The notes beneath the pieces are model-generated. The model ran no database searches. It saw only the letters and a list, made by a program, of their open reading frames with translations, and had not been told where the DNA came from. A stretch of DNA of 64,000 nt from an archaeon. Lineage in GTDB: Archaea; Nanobdellota; Nanobdellia; Woesearchaeales; JAADFO01. Position numbers and translations under genes: made by a program. This document shows, one piece after another, positions 9,824-21,252 of the stretch (position 1 is the first letter of the stretch; every line of letters begins with the position of its first letter). The stretch spans positions 3,120-67,119 of the forward strand of contig JBDRHG010000005.1 of the NCBI GenBank assembly GCA_043817075.1, written 5' to 3'.

Positions 9824-10801
9824 TCAGTACTCCATGACCGTATGCACGGCCTTGACCACGCGGTAGGTGTCCGGGAGGAAGAATTCTTCCAAAGCGTATT
9901 GTGGGAATGGTAGATTAGGCCCTGCGACGCGGATCACCGGCGCTTCGAGAGACAGTAATGCATGCTCCTGGATCCGGGCCGCGATCTCGCTTCCCATGCT
10001 GGCGGTGATGGGTGCTTCTTCGACCACGACCGCACGCCCGGTCTTGCGCACTGACTTGAGGATTGCCTCCTCGTCCAGGGGCCAGATCGTTCGCAGATCG
10101 ATGATGTCGCAGCTGACGCCCTGCCCCTGCAGGTTCTCGGCCGCCTCCTTACAGACGCGGACCATCGCGCCCCAGCTGATGAGAGTCACGTCGCTGCCTT
10201 CACGTAGGACGTTTGCCTTGCCAAGCGGTATCTCAAACGGACCGTCCGGCACCTCTTCCTTGAATGCGCGGTATATCTTCTTTGGCTCGAGGAAGATGAC
10301 AGGATCAGGATCCCTTATCGAAGAGATCAACAGGCCTTTGGCGTCGCTCGGCCCCGAGGGCATGACCACCTTGAGACCTTGGCAATGGACGAAGAAAGCC
10401 TCAGGACTCTCTGAATGGTGCTCTAACGCATGGATGCCTCCGCTGCAAGGCGCACGGAGCACCATCGGGAGATGGAAGGTCCCTGATGATCGCTGACGGA
10501 AACGCGCCATATGCTGCTTGATGTGATGGAATGCCTGATAGGTGAATCCCGAGAACTGGATCTCCGGCACGGGCTTCATCCCGGCGAGTGCGAGCCCTAT
10601 CGCCGATCCGACGATACCCGCCTCGGCGAGCGGTGTGTCGACCACACGATCCTTGCCATATTTGTTGATCAGTCCATCGGTGACGCGGAACACGCCGCCG
10701 TCCACTCCGACGTCCTCACCCAGCAGGATAATCGTGGGGTCCAGCCCCATCTCCTGCTCGAGTGCCTGGTTGAGCGCCGCGACCATGTGTAGCTTTGTCA
10801 T
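9824..10801 (-). CDS. pdhB: 2-oxoacid dehydrogenase E1 component beta subunit
   Basis: 325 aa, typical transketolase-like E1 beta. It overlaps the E1-alpha gene by 4 nt. Confidence 0.9.
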   Translation of the reverse strand: MTKLHMVAALNQALEQEMGLDPTIILLGEDVGVDGGVFRVTDGLINKYGKDRVVDTPLAEAGIVGSAIGLALAGMKPVPEIQFSGFTYQAFHHIKQHMARFRQRSSGTFHLPMVLRAPCSGGIHALEHHSESPEAFFVHCQGLKVVMPSGPSDAKGLLISSIRDPDPVIFLEPKKIYRAFKEEVPDGPFEIPLGKANVLREGSDVTLISWGAMVRVCKEAAENLQGQGVSCDIIDLRTIWPLDEEAILKSVRKTGRAVVVEEAPITASMGSEIAARIQEHALLSLEAPVIRVAGPNLPFPQYALEEFFLPDTYRVVKAVHTVMEY

Positions 10802-11853
10802 TGCGCATCACCTCCCAGGCCTTTCCGTTCCTGCAGCTCGGCCATAAATGCATCTTTCTCCTTAAGGAATATCTCAGGAGGATTCTCATAGAGTGAGTCG
10901 AACATCTCTTCCGGTGACGGTGGCGGGATGGCAAGCCCTTTCTCCACCGCATCTTCGACCTCTTTTTGCACCTCGTCGACCACGAACTTCCGGTATTCTT
11001 CAGACCAGGTGCCGAGTTTCTCGAAATGTTTCTGCAAGCGAAGGATTGGATCTTTGAGTTCCCACTTCTTGACCTCTTCCTCATCACGATACTTGGATGA
11101 GTCGTCGGACGTGGTATGATCGCCCATACGGAAGGTCAGGGATTCGATAAGTGTCGGGCCGCCTCCCTCGCGGGCCTTGACGAGCGCATCGCTTGTGACC
11201 TTATACACACCGATCACGTCATTGCCGTCGATCTGAACGCTAGGCATGCCATATGCTATCGCCTTCTGGGCGATGGTCTCGGCACGCGTCTGTGATTTCC
11301 GGGGAGTGGAGATGGCCCACTGGTTGTTCTGGCAGAAGAACACCACCGGAAGCTGGAGCTCCGCAGCGAAATTGAGCGCCTCATGGAAATCACCCTCTGA
11401 TGTCGCGCCGTCGCCGAAGTACACTATCGCCGCCTGCTTCTCACCTTTGAGCTTTGATGCCCAGGCAAGACCGACCGCATGCAGCAGCTGCGACGCGATG
11501 GGAATCGCGACAGGAAGGTCGCGGGTCTCTTCCCTGGCCCCTTGGAATGCATGGGTGTCTCCACGCCATGCCTCGACGATCTTTGCGCGGTCAGCGCCCC
11601 GTACCAGGGAGACGCCCATCTCGCGGAAGGAAGGTATGAACCAATCCTTCTTCTGGAGCGCCATGCCCGATCCGATCTCGGACGCCTCTTGGCCCCTGAC
11701 CTGGGCATAGGTGCCGATCTTCCCGCTACGTTGCAGCTTGAAAAGCTTCTCGTCGAAGGCCCGGACGAGCATCATCATGTGATACATGACCTTTTTGGTG
11801 TCCTCATCGACATCCGGATGGAGCGATTCGTCGACATTGCCTTCCTCGTCCAT
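10798..11853 (-). CDS. pdhA: 2-oxoacid dehydrogenase E1 component alpha subunit (TPP-dependent)
   Basis: 351 aa. It has the TPP-binding GDGA(X)nN motif and is first in the E1a-E1b-E2-E3 order. Confidence 0.9.
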   Translation of the reverse strand: MDEEGNVDESLHPDVDEDTKKVMYHMMMLVRAFDEKLFKLQRSGKIGTYAQVRGQEASEIGSGMALQKKDWFIPSFREMGVSLVRGADRAKIVEAWRGDTHAFQGAREETRDLPVAIPIASQLLHAVGLAWASKLKGEKQAAIVYFGDGATSEGDFHEALNFAAELQLPVVFFCQNNQWAISTPRKSQTRAETIAQKAIAYGMPSVQIDGNDVIGVYKVTSDALVKAREGGGPTLIESLTFRMGDHTTSDDSSKYRDEEEVKKWELKDPILRLQKHFEKLGTWSEEYRKFVVDEVQKEVEDAVEKGLAIPPPSPEEMFDSLYENPPEIFLKEKDAFMAELQERKGLGGDAQ

Positions 11854-11885
11854 GACCTGGATGTATTCGATCTCGAATTTTTTGA

Positions 11886-12812
11886 TTATTGCTCTTGTGA
11901 TAATCCCACCTCCGATGGTGACTGGTGGATGCGCCGTCGGGAGAGGACTCCCCGCATGAAGAACTCGCCGGCGCGGTACGAGCTTCGCACGAAAGGACCG
12001 GAGGCGACATAGAGAAACCCCATAGCCTCTGCCTTGGCTCTGAAAGATGAGAATGCGTCCGGGCTGATGAAAGCCTTGACGGGAAGGACCTTGTTGCTCG
12101 GTTTGAGGTATTGTCCCAAAGTGAGGATGTCGACGTCGACCTCGCGTAGGTCATGCATGGCCTTGATCACTTCGGCTTCGGTCTCACCAAGCCCCAGCAT
12201 GATCGAAGATTTCGTGTAGATTGTATGATCCAACGTCTTGACGTCGGCGAGCACCTTGAGCGACTGCTCATATCCTGCACGCGGATCGCGCACCTCATGT
12301 TGAAGAGAACGGACTGTCTCGATGTTGTGGCCGATGACGTCGGGACAGGCTTCGACAATCCGCTTCAAGGGTCCGACTTCACCCTGGAAATCGGGGATGA
12401 GCACCTCGATATGAGTCTTGGGATGCTTGGTGAGGATGGCGTCGATGCATGCCGCGAAATGGGCTGCTCCACCATCAGCAAGATCATCCCGGTCGACGGA
12501 TGTCAACACGACGTAATCAAGTCCGATCTCTGCTACTGCTTCAGCGATCTTATCGGGCTCATCTTGATCGAGCGGTTGTCCTTTCATCGCTGTCGAGATA
12601 GCGCAGAATTTACATCCACGTGTGCAGGTGTCGCCCATGACCATGAACGTCGCGGTCCCTTCATGCGCCCAGCATTCAGCCATGTTTGGACAATGCGCTT
12701 CCTCGCAGACCGTGACCAGTCCCCTGGAACGAAGCGCATGACGTATCTTAGAGAAATCTGGCGTCGATTGCGGACGGATGGTCAACCATGCTGGCTTTTG
12801 CTGTGTGTGCAT
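11886..12812 (-). CDS. lipA: lipoyl synthase (radical SAM)
   Basis: 308 aa. It has the CEEAHCPNMAECW auxiliary cluster motif and the CTRGCKFC radical-SAM motif. Confidence 0.9.
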   Translation of the reverse strand: MHTQQKPAWLTIRPQSTPDFSKIRHALRSRGLVTVCEEAHCPNMAECWAHEGTATFMVMGDTCTRGCKFCAISTAMKGQPLDQDEPDKIAEAVAEIGLDYVVLTSVDRDDLADGGAAHFAACIDAILTKHPKTHIEVLIPDFQGEVGPLKRIVEACPDVIGHNIETVRSLQHEVRDPRAGYEQSLKVLADVKTLDHTIYTKSSIMLGLGETEAEVIKAMHDLREVDVDILTLGQYLKPSNKVLPVKAFISPDAFSSFRAKAEAMGFLYVASGPFVRSSYRAGEFFMRGVLSRRRIHQSPSEVGLSQEQ

Positions 12813-12961
12813 ATCCTCGACCTAAAAGTCACTTCTTAATACCGGTGAAAACACCTATGACCTGAAGAGGACAGATATATAAATGTTTTGGGCCGGGACG
12901 AGGGTAAACATCGTCGAAGAAGCGGCTGATTGACCAACTAGCACCCAGGCATGGTCAAGCT

Positions 12962-13690
12962 TCATGGGAACTCGATGGTGCCATCATGATACACACCCTT
13001 GGCAAGAGGGACTGGCCGCCATCTGTCTTCGACCAAAGTGGCATCGAGCCAATCCGCCAACTCCCGCGGATTCCCTATGGTCGCCGATAAGCCGACGATC
13101 TGCACATGTTCCAGCAACTGACGGAGCATAGTGATCAGTATCTCCAATGTCGGACCTCTCGACGGGTCATTGAGGAGGTGGATCTCATCGATGATGACCG
13201 TGCCGATGCTTTTTACCCAAGGGATGCGATGGCGGAAGAGAGAGTCGAGCTTCTCCGACGTGCAGATGATCAGATCCTTGTCAGCCAAACTTTTTTCGCC
13301 AGAGTCGAGGTCTCCGATGGAGAGAGCGACCGAGAAAAGCTCACTGTACTTGGTCGAGAAATCTTTATATTTCTCAGACCCCAGGGCCTTGAGAGGCACG
13401 ATGTAAAGCGCTTTCTGTTTATTGGACAATATCGCCGTGGAGAACGCCATCTCGGCTGTGAGTGTCTTACCGGATGCGGTCGGTGTGCATATGAGCAACG
13501 ATTTGCCTTCTAGGAGACCTGCTTTGACCGCTTTTTCCTGCGCAGGTCTGAGATGGGAGAATTTCGACGACAATGTATCGTAGACCGCTTTTGGAATCTT
13601 GCCTTTCAATGAGGAGAATCGCATCCCTTTCCCCCTAGAGGGACTTTTCGACTTCGGGACTTGTTTTCCAGTGCTCTCCTTCGTCACCAT
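12962..13690 (-). pseudogene. Truncated Hel308/Ski2-like helicase. Only the first RecA domain is present, and the ORF stops after ~240 aa.
   Basis: It has Walker A TPTASGKT, a DEIH box and SAT. It has no RecA2, winged-helix or ratchet domains. Only 150 nt separate it from lipA, and no continuation is seen in another frame. Confidence 0.45.
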
Positions 13691-13961
13691 GAAAAGCTTA
13701 AGCAAGTCAGGCCCAATAAAAAGTTTGTGCTCGATCCACAGGAGAATTGACAGGAAGCCCGCACATGGTCAACACGAGAACAAAGCAGCAAAACAGACCA
13801 AATAAAATCAGAAATTCCACCGCTCGGAGCTACCCCGACCAAAAAGGTCAAGGGTATCCCGCTCATCGCATCGAATAGGTGGAATTTCTGGTCTGAAAAT
13901 GGACCACACTCTGAAGAACAGGGTATGAAACCCATTTTCAGAGTCAGACAGAATCAGACAG

Positions 13962-13996
13962 AATTATAAAAAAAAAGAAAAAAAGGCAAGCAAGTC
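13962..13996 (-). terminator. oligo-T terminator downstream of tfe
   Basis: The minus strand reads CTTGCTTGCCTTTTTTTCTTTTTTTTTAT immediately after the tfe stop. Confidence 0.5.
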
Positions 13997-14494
13997 TCAC
14001 GAGTGAGTGCTTATCTCCTTGATCTTCTCCTGGAGGACCTCGATCGTGCGCTCATTGTGCTGATGATCGAGCAACGTACCACATTCCGGACAATGGAATT
14101 GCAGGTCAGCAGCTTCGTCGAAGTTCATCCGTACACAGACATTCTTGCAGATGTAGTAGTTGTTCAGATATTGCTGCTCTTCTTTGAGCCGCTGCTCGAA
14201 CCGCTCTATCTGCATCTGCATGAGCTGAGCATATAGTTCACGTGCACGGAGTATATTGAAGGTCCAGTATCCGATATACCAACCTTTCTGCCTGTCTTTG
14301 ACCCGCTTATAGGTGGCGAGATTCAGGCTGTGGAGCCGGTACAGAATATTCCTTATGACCTGGATATCCTCATTGAGCTTTTTGGCCACTAGGAATTCCG
14401 AGACGTTCTCTTTGCCCTTCAACAACTTGACGACGGAGACCGCTTCGTCTCCGACCATCTTAGCAATCACTTCACAGACTCTCTTCTCTGTCAT
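13997..14494 (-). CDS. tfe: transcription factor E (TFE, TFIIE-alpha homolog)
   Basis: It has a winged-helix N-terminus and a C-terminal Zn ribbon (CPECG ... C). The size is about 165 aa from the internal ATG. An oligo-T terminator follows on the minus strand. Confidence 0.7.
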   Translation of the reverse strand: MTEKRVCEVIAKMVGDEAVSVVKLLKGKENVSEFLVAKKLNEDIQVIRNILYRLHSLNLATYKRVKDRQKGWYIGYWTFNILRARELYAQLMQMQIERFEQRLKEEQQYLNNYYICKNVCVRMNFDEAADLQFHCPECGTLLDHQHNERTIEVLQEKIKEISTHS

Positions 14495-14907
14495 TCTCAC
14501 ATTTACCAACCCCCCAAACAATGATCGTCAATGCGTAATCGATTTGTGACCGATATTTGTGACCGATGCGTGACTGCGAATGATGTGTGCAAAAAGGAAA
14601 AAAAGGAGGGAAAGATTTCCCCACCCATAGAGGCCAAGAAAAGAGGTGATAGAAAACTCAGCCCTCTCTGGGTGAGGAACTTGAGTATCAGCAGCAGCAC
14701 CCCATAGGGTAGGCTGCTGACAGGCACCACCAGTTGGACGGTGGTGACGCCTGTTCCCCCCACACACATGTCTTTCTTTGGATGCTGACTATATAAATTT
14801 TTCGCTTTTCCATACAACTCATGCATATTCGGCCCTCAGACGGGCCCGAGGAGAGTTATAGTCGAGGATAGAAAAATATTTAAAGAAGGTACGTTCATCT
14901 CAAGCAT

Positions 14908-14930
14908 TGATTGTTGATTTAAAGTCAACA
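14908..14930. promoter_or_regulatory. inverted-repeat motif TGATTGTTGA-TTTAAAG-TCAACA upstream of the M50 protease gene (candidate operator overlapping a TATA-like element)
   Basis: It is a near-identical copy of the motif upstream of grpE (58256-58279). It lies about 55 nt upstream of the ATG at 14984. Confidence 0.5.
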
Positions 14931-14983
14931 TAACTCGTAGGGGGAAAAACACTTATTAAATAGTGAGGAAAAACGATAAAACG

Positions 14984-15598
14984 ATGAGACGTATCGATAT
15001 CCATCAGGTTGCGAGAGGAAGGTCCTTTCTCAGCATGATCTCCAAGGCCGAGGCCAAAGACCTGCTTCTGGCGTGGCTTGGGTTGTCCCTGGCATTCGCC
15101 ATCGTACAGGGAGGTATGGTGCTCACAAACCCACCGACGCTTGTCCTGACACTCGTGGTGTCGCTTTCCACAGTCGGTCTGGGTTTTCTCCTCCACGAGC
15201 TCATGCACAAGTTCGCAGCCATGCGTTACGGGCGATATGCCCGGTTCTATGCAGACCGCAAGATGATCATCGGAGCTCTGCTCATGTCGCTATTCGGCTT
15301 CGTGTTCGCAGCCCCGGGTGCAGTGGTCATCCATGGCCATCTGACAAAGAAGGAATCCGCCATCGTATCGGCGGCAGGACCTGCCACGAACATCCTCCTG
15401 TCCCTTCTTTTCTGGCCACTCATCGCTGCAGGAGGATTCTTGGGATTGATAGCTGCTTATGGATTTCGCATCAATGCCTTCCTGGCCGTGTTCAACATGA
15501 TCCCGGTCTGGCAGCTCGATGGCGCCAAGATACTCCCCTACAGTAAAGTGATGTTCGGTGTCCTTATTGGGATGCCTGCGATCATGCTCTTCATATAA
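14984..15598 (+). CDS. M50 family (site-2 protease-like) membrane zinc metalloprotease
   Basis: It has the HELMHK HExxH motif inside a TM helix and several TM segments. The ORF track starts at a GTG at 14963. The ATG at 14984 is more likely. Confidence 0.7.
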   Translation: MRRIDIHQVARGRSFLSMISKAEAKDLLLAWLGLSLAFAIVQGGMVLTNPPTLVLTLVVSLSTVGLGFLLHELMHKFAAMRYGRYARFYADRKMIIGALLMSLFGFVFAAPGAVVIHGHLTKKESAIVSAAGPATNILLSLLFWPLIAAGGFLGLIAAYGFRINAFLAVFNMIPVWQLDGAKILPYSKVMFGVLIGMPAIMLFI

Positions 15599-15701
15599 CG
15601 ATGTGAAGATAATCAGATATCATTTGTAAGTCTGATGATAGAAAGGCTGATAAGATAACAGAAAAAACGATGAAAGAATCGATGAACCGAGGTGCATATG
15701 C

Positions 15702-15965
15702 ATGAATGTTATCCCAATGAACGAACGGGTCGTGATCCGGCCCTTGGAGACTGAGGAGAAGACTGCAGGCGGTATCTATATCCCTGAGTCGGCAAAAGAG
15801 AAGACCAACCAGGGTGAAGTCGTCGCTGTGTGGGATGAGAAGAAATCACCGGTGAAGGTCGGCGACACCGTAATCTATGAGAGCTTTGCCGGGACCGAGC
15901 TTTCGGTCAAGGAAAAGAAGCACCTCATCCTCAAGATGGAAGATGTGCTCGCAGTCATGAGATGA
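15702..15965 (+). CDS. groES: co-chaperonin GroES
   Basis: 87 aa. The segment ERVVIRPLETEEKTAGGIYIP is a classic GroES mobile-loop region. It lies upstream of groL. Confidence 0.85.
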   Translation: MNVIPMNERVVIRPLETEEKTAGGIYIPESAKEKTNQGEVVAVWDEKKSPVKVGDTVIYESFAGTELSVKEKKHLILKMEDVLAVMR

Positions 15966-16019
15966 GATTACGTTTGATCATGTTTTCGCATCAATACTAG
16001 AACATCACTTGAACACTGA

Positions 16020-17705
<1,686 letters not shown>

Positions 17706-17749
17706 GAAGGGAAAAGCATTTATAACATCTTATTTTCTCTTTTTTTCTT

Positions 17750-18352
17750 ATGGTCCAACGTAGAAAGATCATCTGGAAGAAGCTGCAGGACAGCGCAGAC
17801 CTCATCGTGTTCGAGAACCGTCGTAAAGGGGTCACTGGCAGGATCGAGGCAAGGAAAGACAATGGTAGGTCGTGGCAGGTCTACCGTATCTTCATCTACG
17901 GCAAGGACCGCAACTATGTCGAGCAGTACAAAGCGCATGACAAGACCCATCTCAAAGAGCTGCTCACCTATCTCTCCAAGAAAGGCGAACCGACCACGCT
18001 AGAGATCAAATCAGGCATGCCTGACATCCCTATGGTACAAGTCGAATTCCGACGGGCCTATAAGGAAGAGTATGTCGAGAAATGGGAATTCTCCATCGAC
18101 AAGGAAGGATTCCAGAACTTCCTCACCGCGCGTTTCGATCAGAAGCTCGCCATCGACATAGTGATGCGCGATAAGTACAAATCATACGAGGCTTCATTCC
18201 TGCATAAGCTGGACGAATTTCTCGGCACGGCATCCTTGGACGTCAAGAAGGAGTTCCGCATCCACTATTTCGAGCATTCGGTGTATCATGAGAAGGCCGA
18301 GTCCGAAGATGATGAGATCACGCTGTCGGAGACCCCGACGGACAAAGAATAA
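17750..18352 (+). CDS. hypothetical protein encoded immediately downstream of groL
   Basis: 200-aa ORF. It has its own TATA-like box (catttataacat) about 30 nt upstream of the ATG. It has no recognisable domain and an acidic C-terminus. Confidence 0.5.
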   Translation: MVQRRKIIWKKLQDSADLIVFENRRKGVTGRIEARKDNGRSWQVYRIFIYGKDRNYVEQYKAHDKTHLKELLTYLSKKGEPTTLEIKSGMPDIPMVQVEFRRAYKEEYVEKWEFSIDKEGFQNFLTARFDQKLAIDIVMRDKYKSYEASFLHKLDEFLGTASLDVKKEFRIHYFEHSVYHEKAESEDDEITLSETPTDKE

Positions 18353-18357
18353 TCGTG

Positions 18358-19881
18358 CTATGGACTTTTCTCAAGAAGCGATTTCCCCGTCATGTCGGAA
18401 GGCTGTTTGATGCCCAGGAGTCTCAGCACGGTCGGCGCGATGTCGGCCAACCCACCCCCTTCCCTGAGCGTGTAAGCGCTGAGCATATCAGCCCGAGCCA
18501 GAAAGATGAGCGGTACGTCGTTGCTCGTATGTGATGTCCGCCAAAGCTCACTTTGATCCTCGATATTGCCGTGGTCAGCGAAGATGAGCGCCACGCCACC
18601 CTTCTCGAGCACCTTATCCGTTATGTTACCCACGCATTCGTCTACCACTTCGACAGCCCTGAGACACGCATCCCTCACCCCGGTGTGGCCGATCATGTCT
18701 CCATTGACGATATTCGTCACGATAAGATCATGGACGCCTGCATCGATCTGCTCGATGATCCTGTCGGTGATCTTATAGGCGCTCATCTCAGGGGCGCTAT
18801 CATAAGTCGGCACCTTCGGTGAATGGATGAGGATGCGATCCTCCCCTTCGAATGGTTCCTCGATCTGGGCATTGAAGAAGAATGTGACATGCGCATACTT
18901 CTCGGTCTCCGATATCCTCAGCTGTCTGAGTCCCTTCTCACTGATGACCTGGCCAAGGATATTCTCCAGAGGGATGTCAGGATACGCCACATCGGCGTTC
19001 ATGGACGAGTAGAACTGGGTCATGCCTGTATAGTGGACGTCGAGCGGCCGCCGTTCCCATCCCTCAAAATCGTCATCGACGATGGCGCGGGTGAGCTGCC
19101 TGGGACGGTCAGTGCGGAAATTGAAGAAGAGGATGCCATCGCCTGGCTTGACTCCCTCATACCAGGTCGCCTTCCTCGGGACGATGAATTCGTCCGTCTC
19201 TCCTTCTTCGTAGCAGGAGAGGAGCTGTGCCTCTGCTTCTTCGAAACCGGGCGCCTCGGCCTTGACGATGCAATCATATGCCTTCTTGGTGCGGTCCCAA
19301 CGCTTGTCGCGGTCCATGGCGAAGTATCGCCCGGACATTGAGGCTATGCGACCGATACCCACCGATGCGGTCTTCTGCTTGAGGTCGCGGAGCATGGAGA
19401 CACCTTTGTTGACAGGAGCATCCCTTCCATCAGTGATGACGTGGAGGAATACATCGGAGAATCCCTGTTTCTTACACAGATCAAGAAGCGCGAAGAGATG
19501 GTCACGATGGGCATGGACACCCTCGGTCTGATTCAGGCCGACGATATGTAGGGCCGAGCCTCTGTCCTGGCAATGGGAGATCGCACGCAGCAAGACCGGA
19601 TTGGTGAAGAACTCGCCTGACTCGATGTCCTTATTGATGCGCATCAACGATTGGAAGATGATACGACCAGAACCCATGGTCATATGACCTACTTCCGAGT
19701 TTCCCTGGTTTCCGGGAGGCAGACCGACGGCTTGCCCCGATGCCTCGATAAGGACATTGGGAAACTCCCGCATCATCGCATCGGTGCGTGGCGTCTTTCC
19801 TTCCGCGATCGCGTTCTCGGTCTTGCGCGGATTATACCCCCATCCGTCTCGGATGATGACCACAACAGGTTTTGTAACCAT
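18358..19881 (-). CDS. gpmI: 2,3-bisphosphoglycerate-independent phosphoglycerate mutase (bacterial-type iPGM)
   Basis: The ORF track extends it to 20103. The true start is MVTKPVVVIIRDGWGYN at the ATG at 19881. It matches the metal-dependent iPGM family along its full length. Confidence 0.9.
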   Translation of the reverse strand: MVTKPVVVIIRDGWGYNPRKTENAIAEGKTPRTDAMMREFPNVLIEASGQAVGLPPGNQGNSEVGHMTMGSGRIIFQSLMRINKDIESGEFFTNPVLLRAISHCQDRGSALHIVGLNQTEGVHAHRDHLFALLDLCKKQGFSDVFLHVITDGRDAPVNKGVSMLRDLKQKTASVGIGRIASMSGRYFAMDRDKRWDRTKKAYDCIVKAEAPGFEEAEAQLLSCYEEGETDEFIVPRKATWYEGVKPGDGILFFNFRTDRPRQLTRAIVDDDFEGWERRPLDVHYTGMTQFYSSMNADVAYPDIPLENILGQVISEKGLRQLRISETEKYAHVTFFFNAQIEEPFEGEDRILIHSPKVPTYDSAPEMSAYKITDRIIEQIDAGVHDLIVTNIVNGDMIGHTGVRDACLRAVEVVDECVGNITDKVLEKGGVALIFADHGNIEDQSELWRTSHTSNDVPLIFLARADMLSAYTLREGGGLADIAPTVLRLLGIKQPSDMTGKSLLEKSP

Positions 19882-19900
19882 GACCAGGATACCCCTTCGA

Positions 19901-21179
19901 TCAGATAGGACGTGATGCGTATTTCGCCTTGTCACCCAGCGATTCTTCGATTCGGAGGAGCTGGTTATACTTGGCGTTCCGATCGCTGCGGGCAGGCGCG
20001 CCGAACTTGCTCTGTCCCGAACCGATGCCGACGACGAGGTCAGCGATGAAAGCGTCCTCGGTTTCCCCTGAACGGTGTGATACGACCGTGCCCCATCCTG
20101 CATCGTCAGATGCTTTGAATGCGGACAGTGCCTCGGTGACGCTGCCTATCTGGTTGACCTTGAGCAGGAGGGCGTTTACCGTCTTCTCATCGACAGCCCT
20201 AGCTATCCGGGTCGGATTAGTGCATAAAAGATCATCCCCGACAATCTGGACCTTGCCGCCGAGTGCTTTGGTCATCAACGAAAAGCCTTCCCAATCCTCC
20301 TCATCATGCCCATCTTCTATCGAATATATCGGGAAAGTGGAAGATATCTCCTTGTAATAGTCCACAAGCTCTCCTGCAGAATAGGTCGATGATCCGATGG
20401 TGTATGTGCCATCTTTGTAGAACTCTGAGGCTGCAGCATCGAGCGCGAACACTATCTCGTTTTCATAGCCGGCCTCGGCAGCCGCTTTAGCCATGATGCC
20501 AAGCCTGTCTTCTGCCTTCTCCAGAGGGGGGACGAAGCCTCCTTCGTCACCGATAAGCGTGCCTCTTGCGCCGAATTTTCCTTTCAGCATCTTACGGAGA
20601 ACGTGATACGTCTCTGCACCCATCTGGAGGGCCTCGGAGAAGCTCTTCGCTCCCACAGGTGCGATCATATGCTCCTGGATGTCGTTGTCCTGTCCTGCAT
20701 GCTTCCCGCCATTGATCACGTTCATCTGTGGCATGGGCAACCTGGGCGTATCCACGCCAGACAGCGAACTGAGATAGGAATACAGCGGAATGCCTTTGAC
20801 CTGGGCACCCAGATAGGCCACTGCCATTGACACGCCGAGCACTGCGTTGGCTCCGAGCTTATTCTTGTCAGGGGTCCCGTCGGCATCAAGCATGGCTCTG
20901 TCGGCCCCTTCCTGGTCCAGGGGATCACGTCCTTTGACCACCATGGCCAAGACCGTGTTGACATTGCTCACTGCCTGGAGCACACCTTTGCCTCCGAAAG
21001 CATCTTTCTTGTCCCTGAGTTCGAGCGCCTCATTGACGCCTGTGCTCGCGCCGCTAGGGACAGCTGCGCGGGTGGAGAATCCGCCTCCATGCGCTTCGAC
21101 CTCTACGGTCGGATTACCTCGTGAGTCTAGTATCTGACGAGCATGAATTTTTTCAATGATAACCATCATCACACCCCCA
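19901..21179 (-). CDS. eno: enolase
   Basis: The N-terminus IIEKIHARQILDSRGNPTVEV and the enolase signature are present. A GGGGGTG RBS precedes the ATG. It is adjacent to gpmI. Confidence 0.9.
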
Positions 21180-21252
21180 TTATCGTCATCGCGAATGAAA
21201 ACATCCACCGCGAAAAAAGAAAAGAAAAAATGTATGTATCAGACGAGAAACA

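Noticed and set aside
13800-13960. C/D box sRNA interpretation of the hairpin region
   Set aside because: No RUGAUGA / CUGA box pairs are in the expected positions relative to the terminal stem.
18358-20103. 581-aa extent of gpmI given by the ORF track
   Set aside because: The first about 74 residues are Ser/Arg-rich and precede the conserved iPGM N-terminus MVTKPVVVIIRDGWG. The true start is the ATG at 19881, just after the eno stop.
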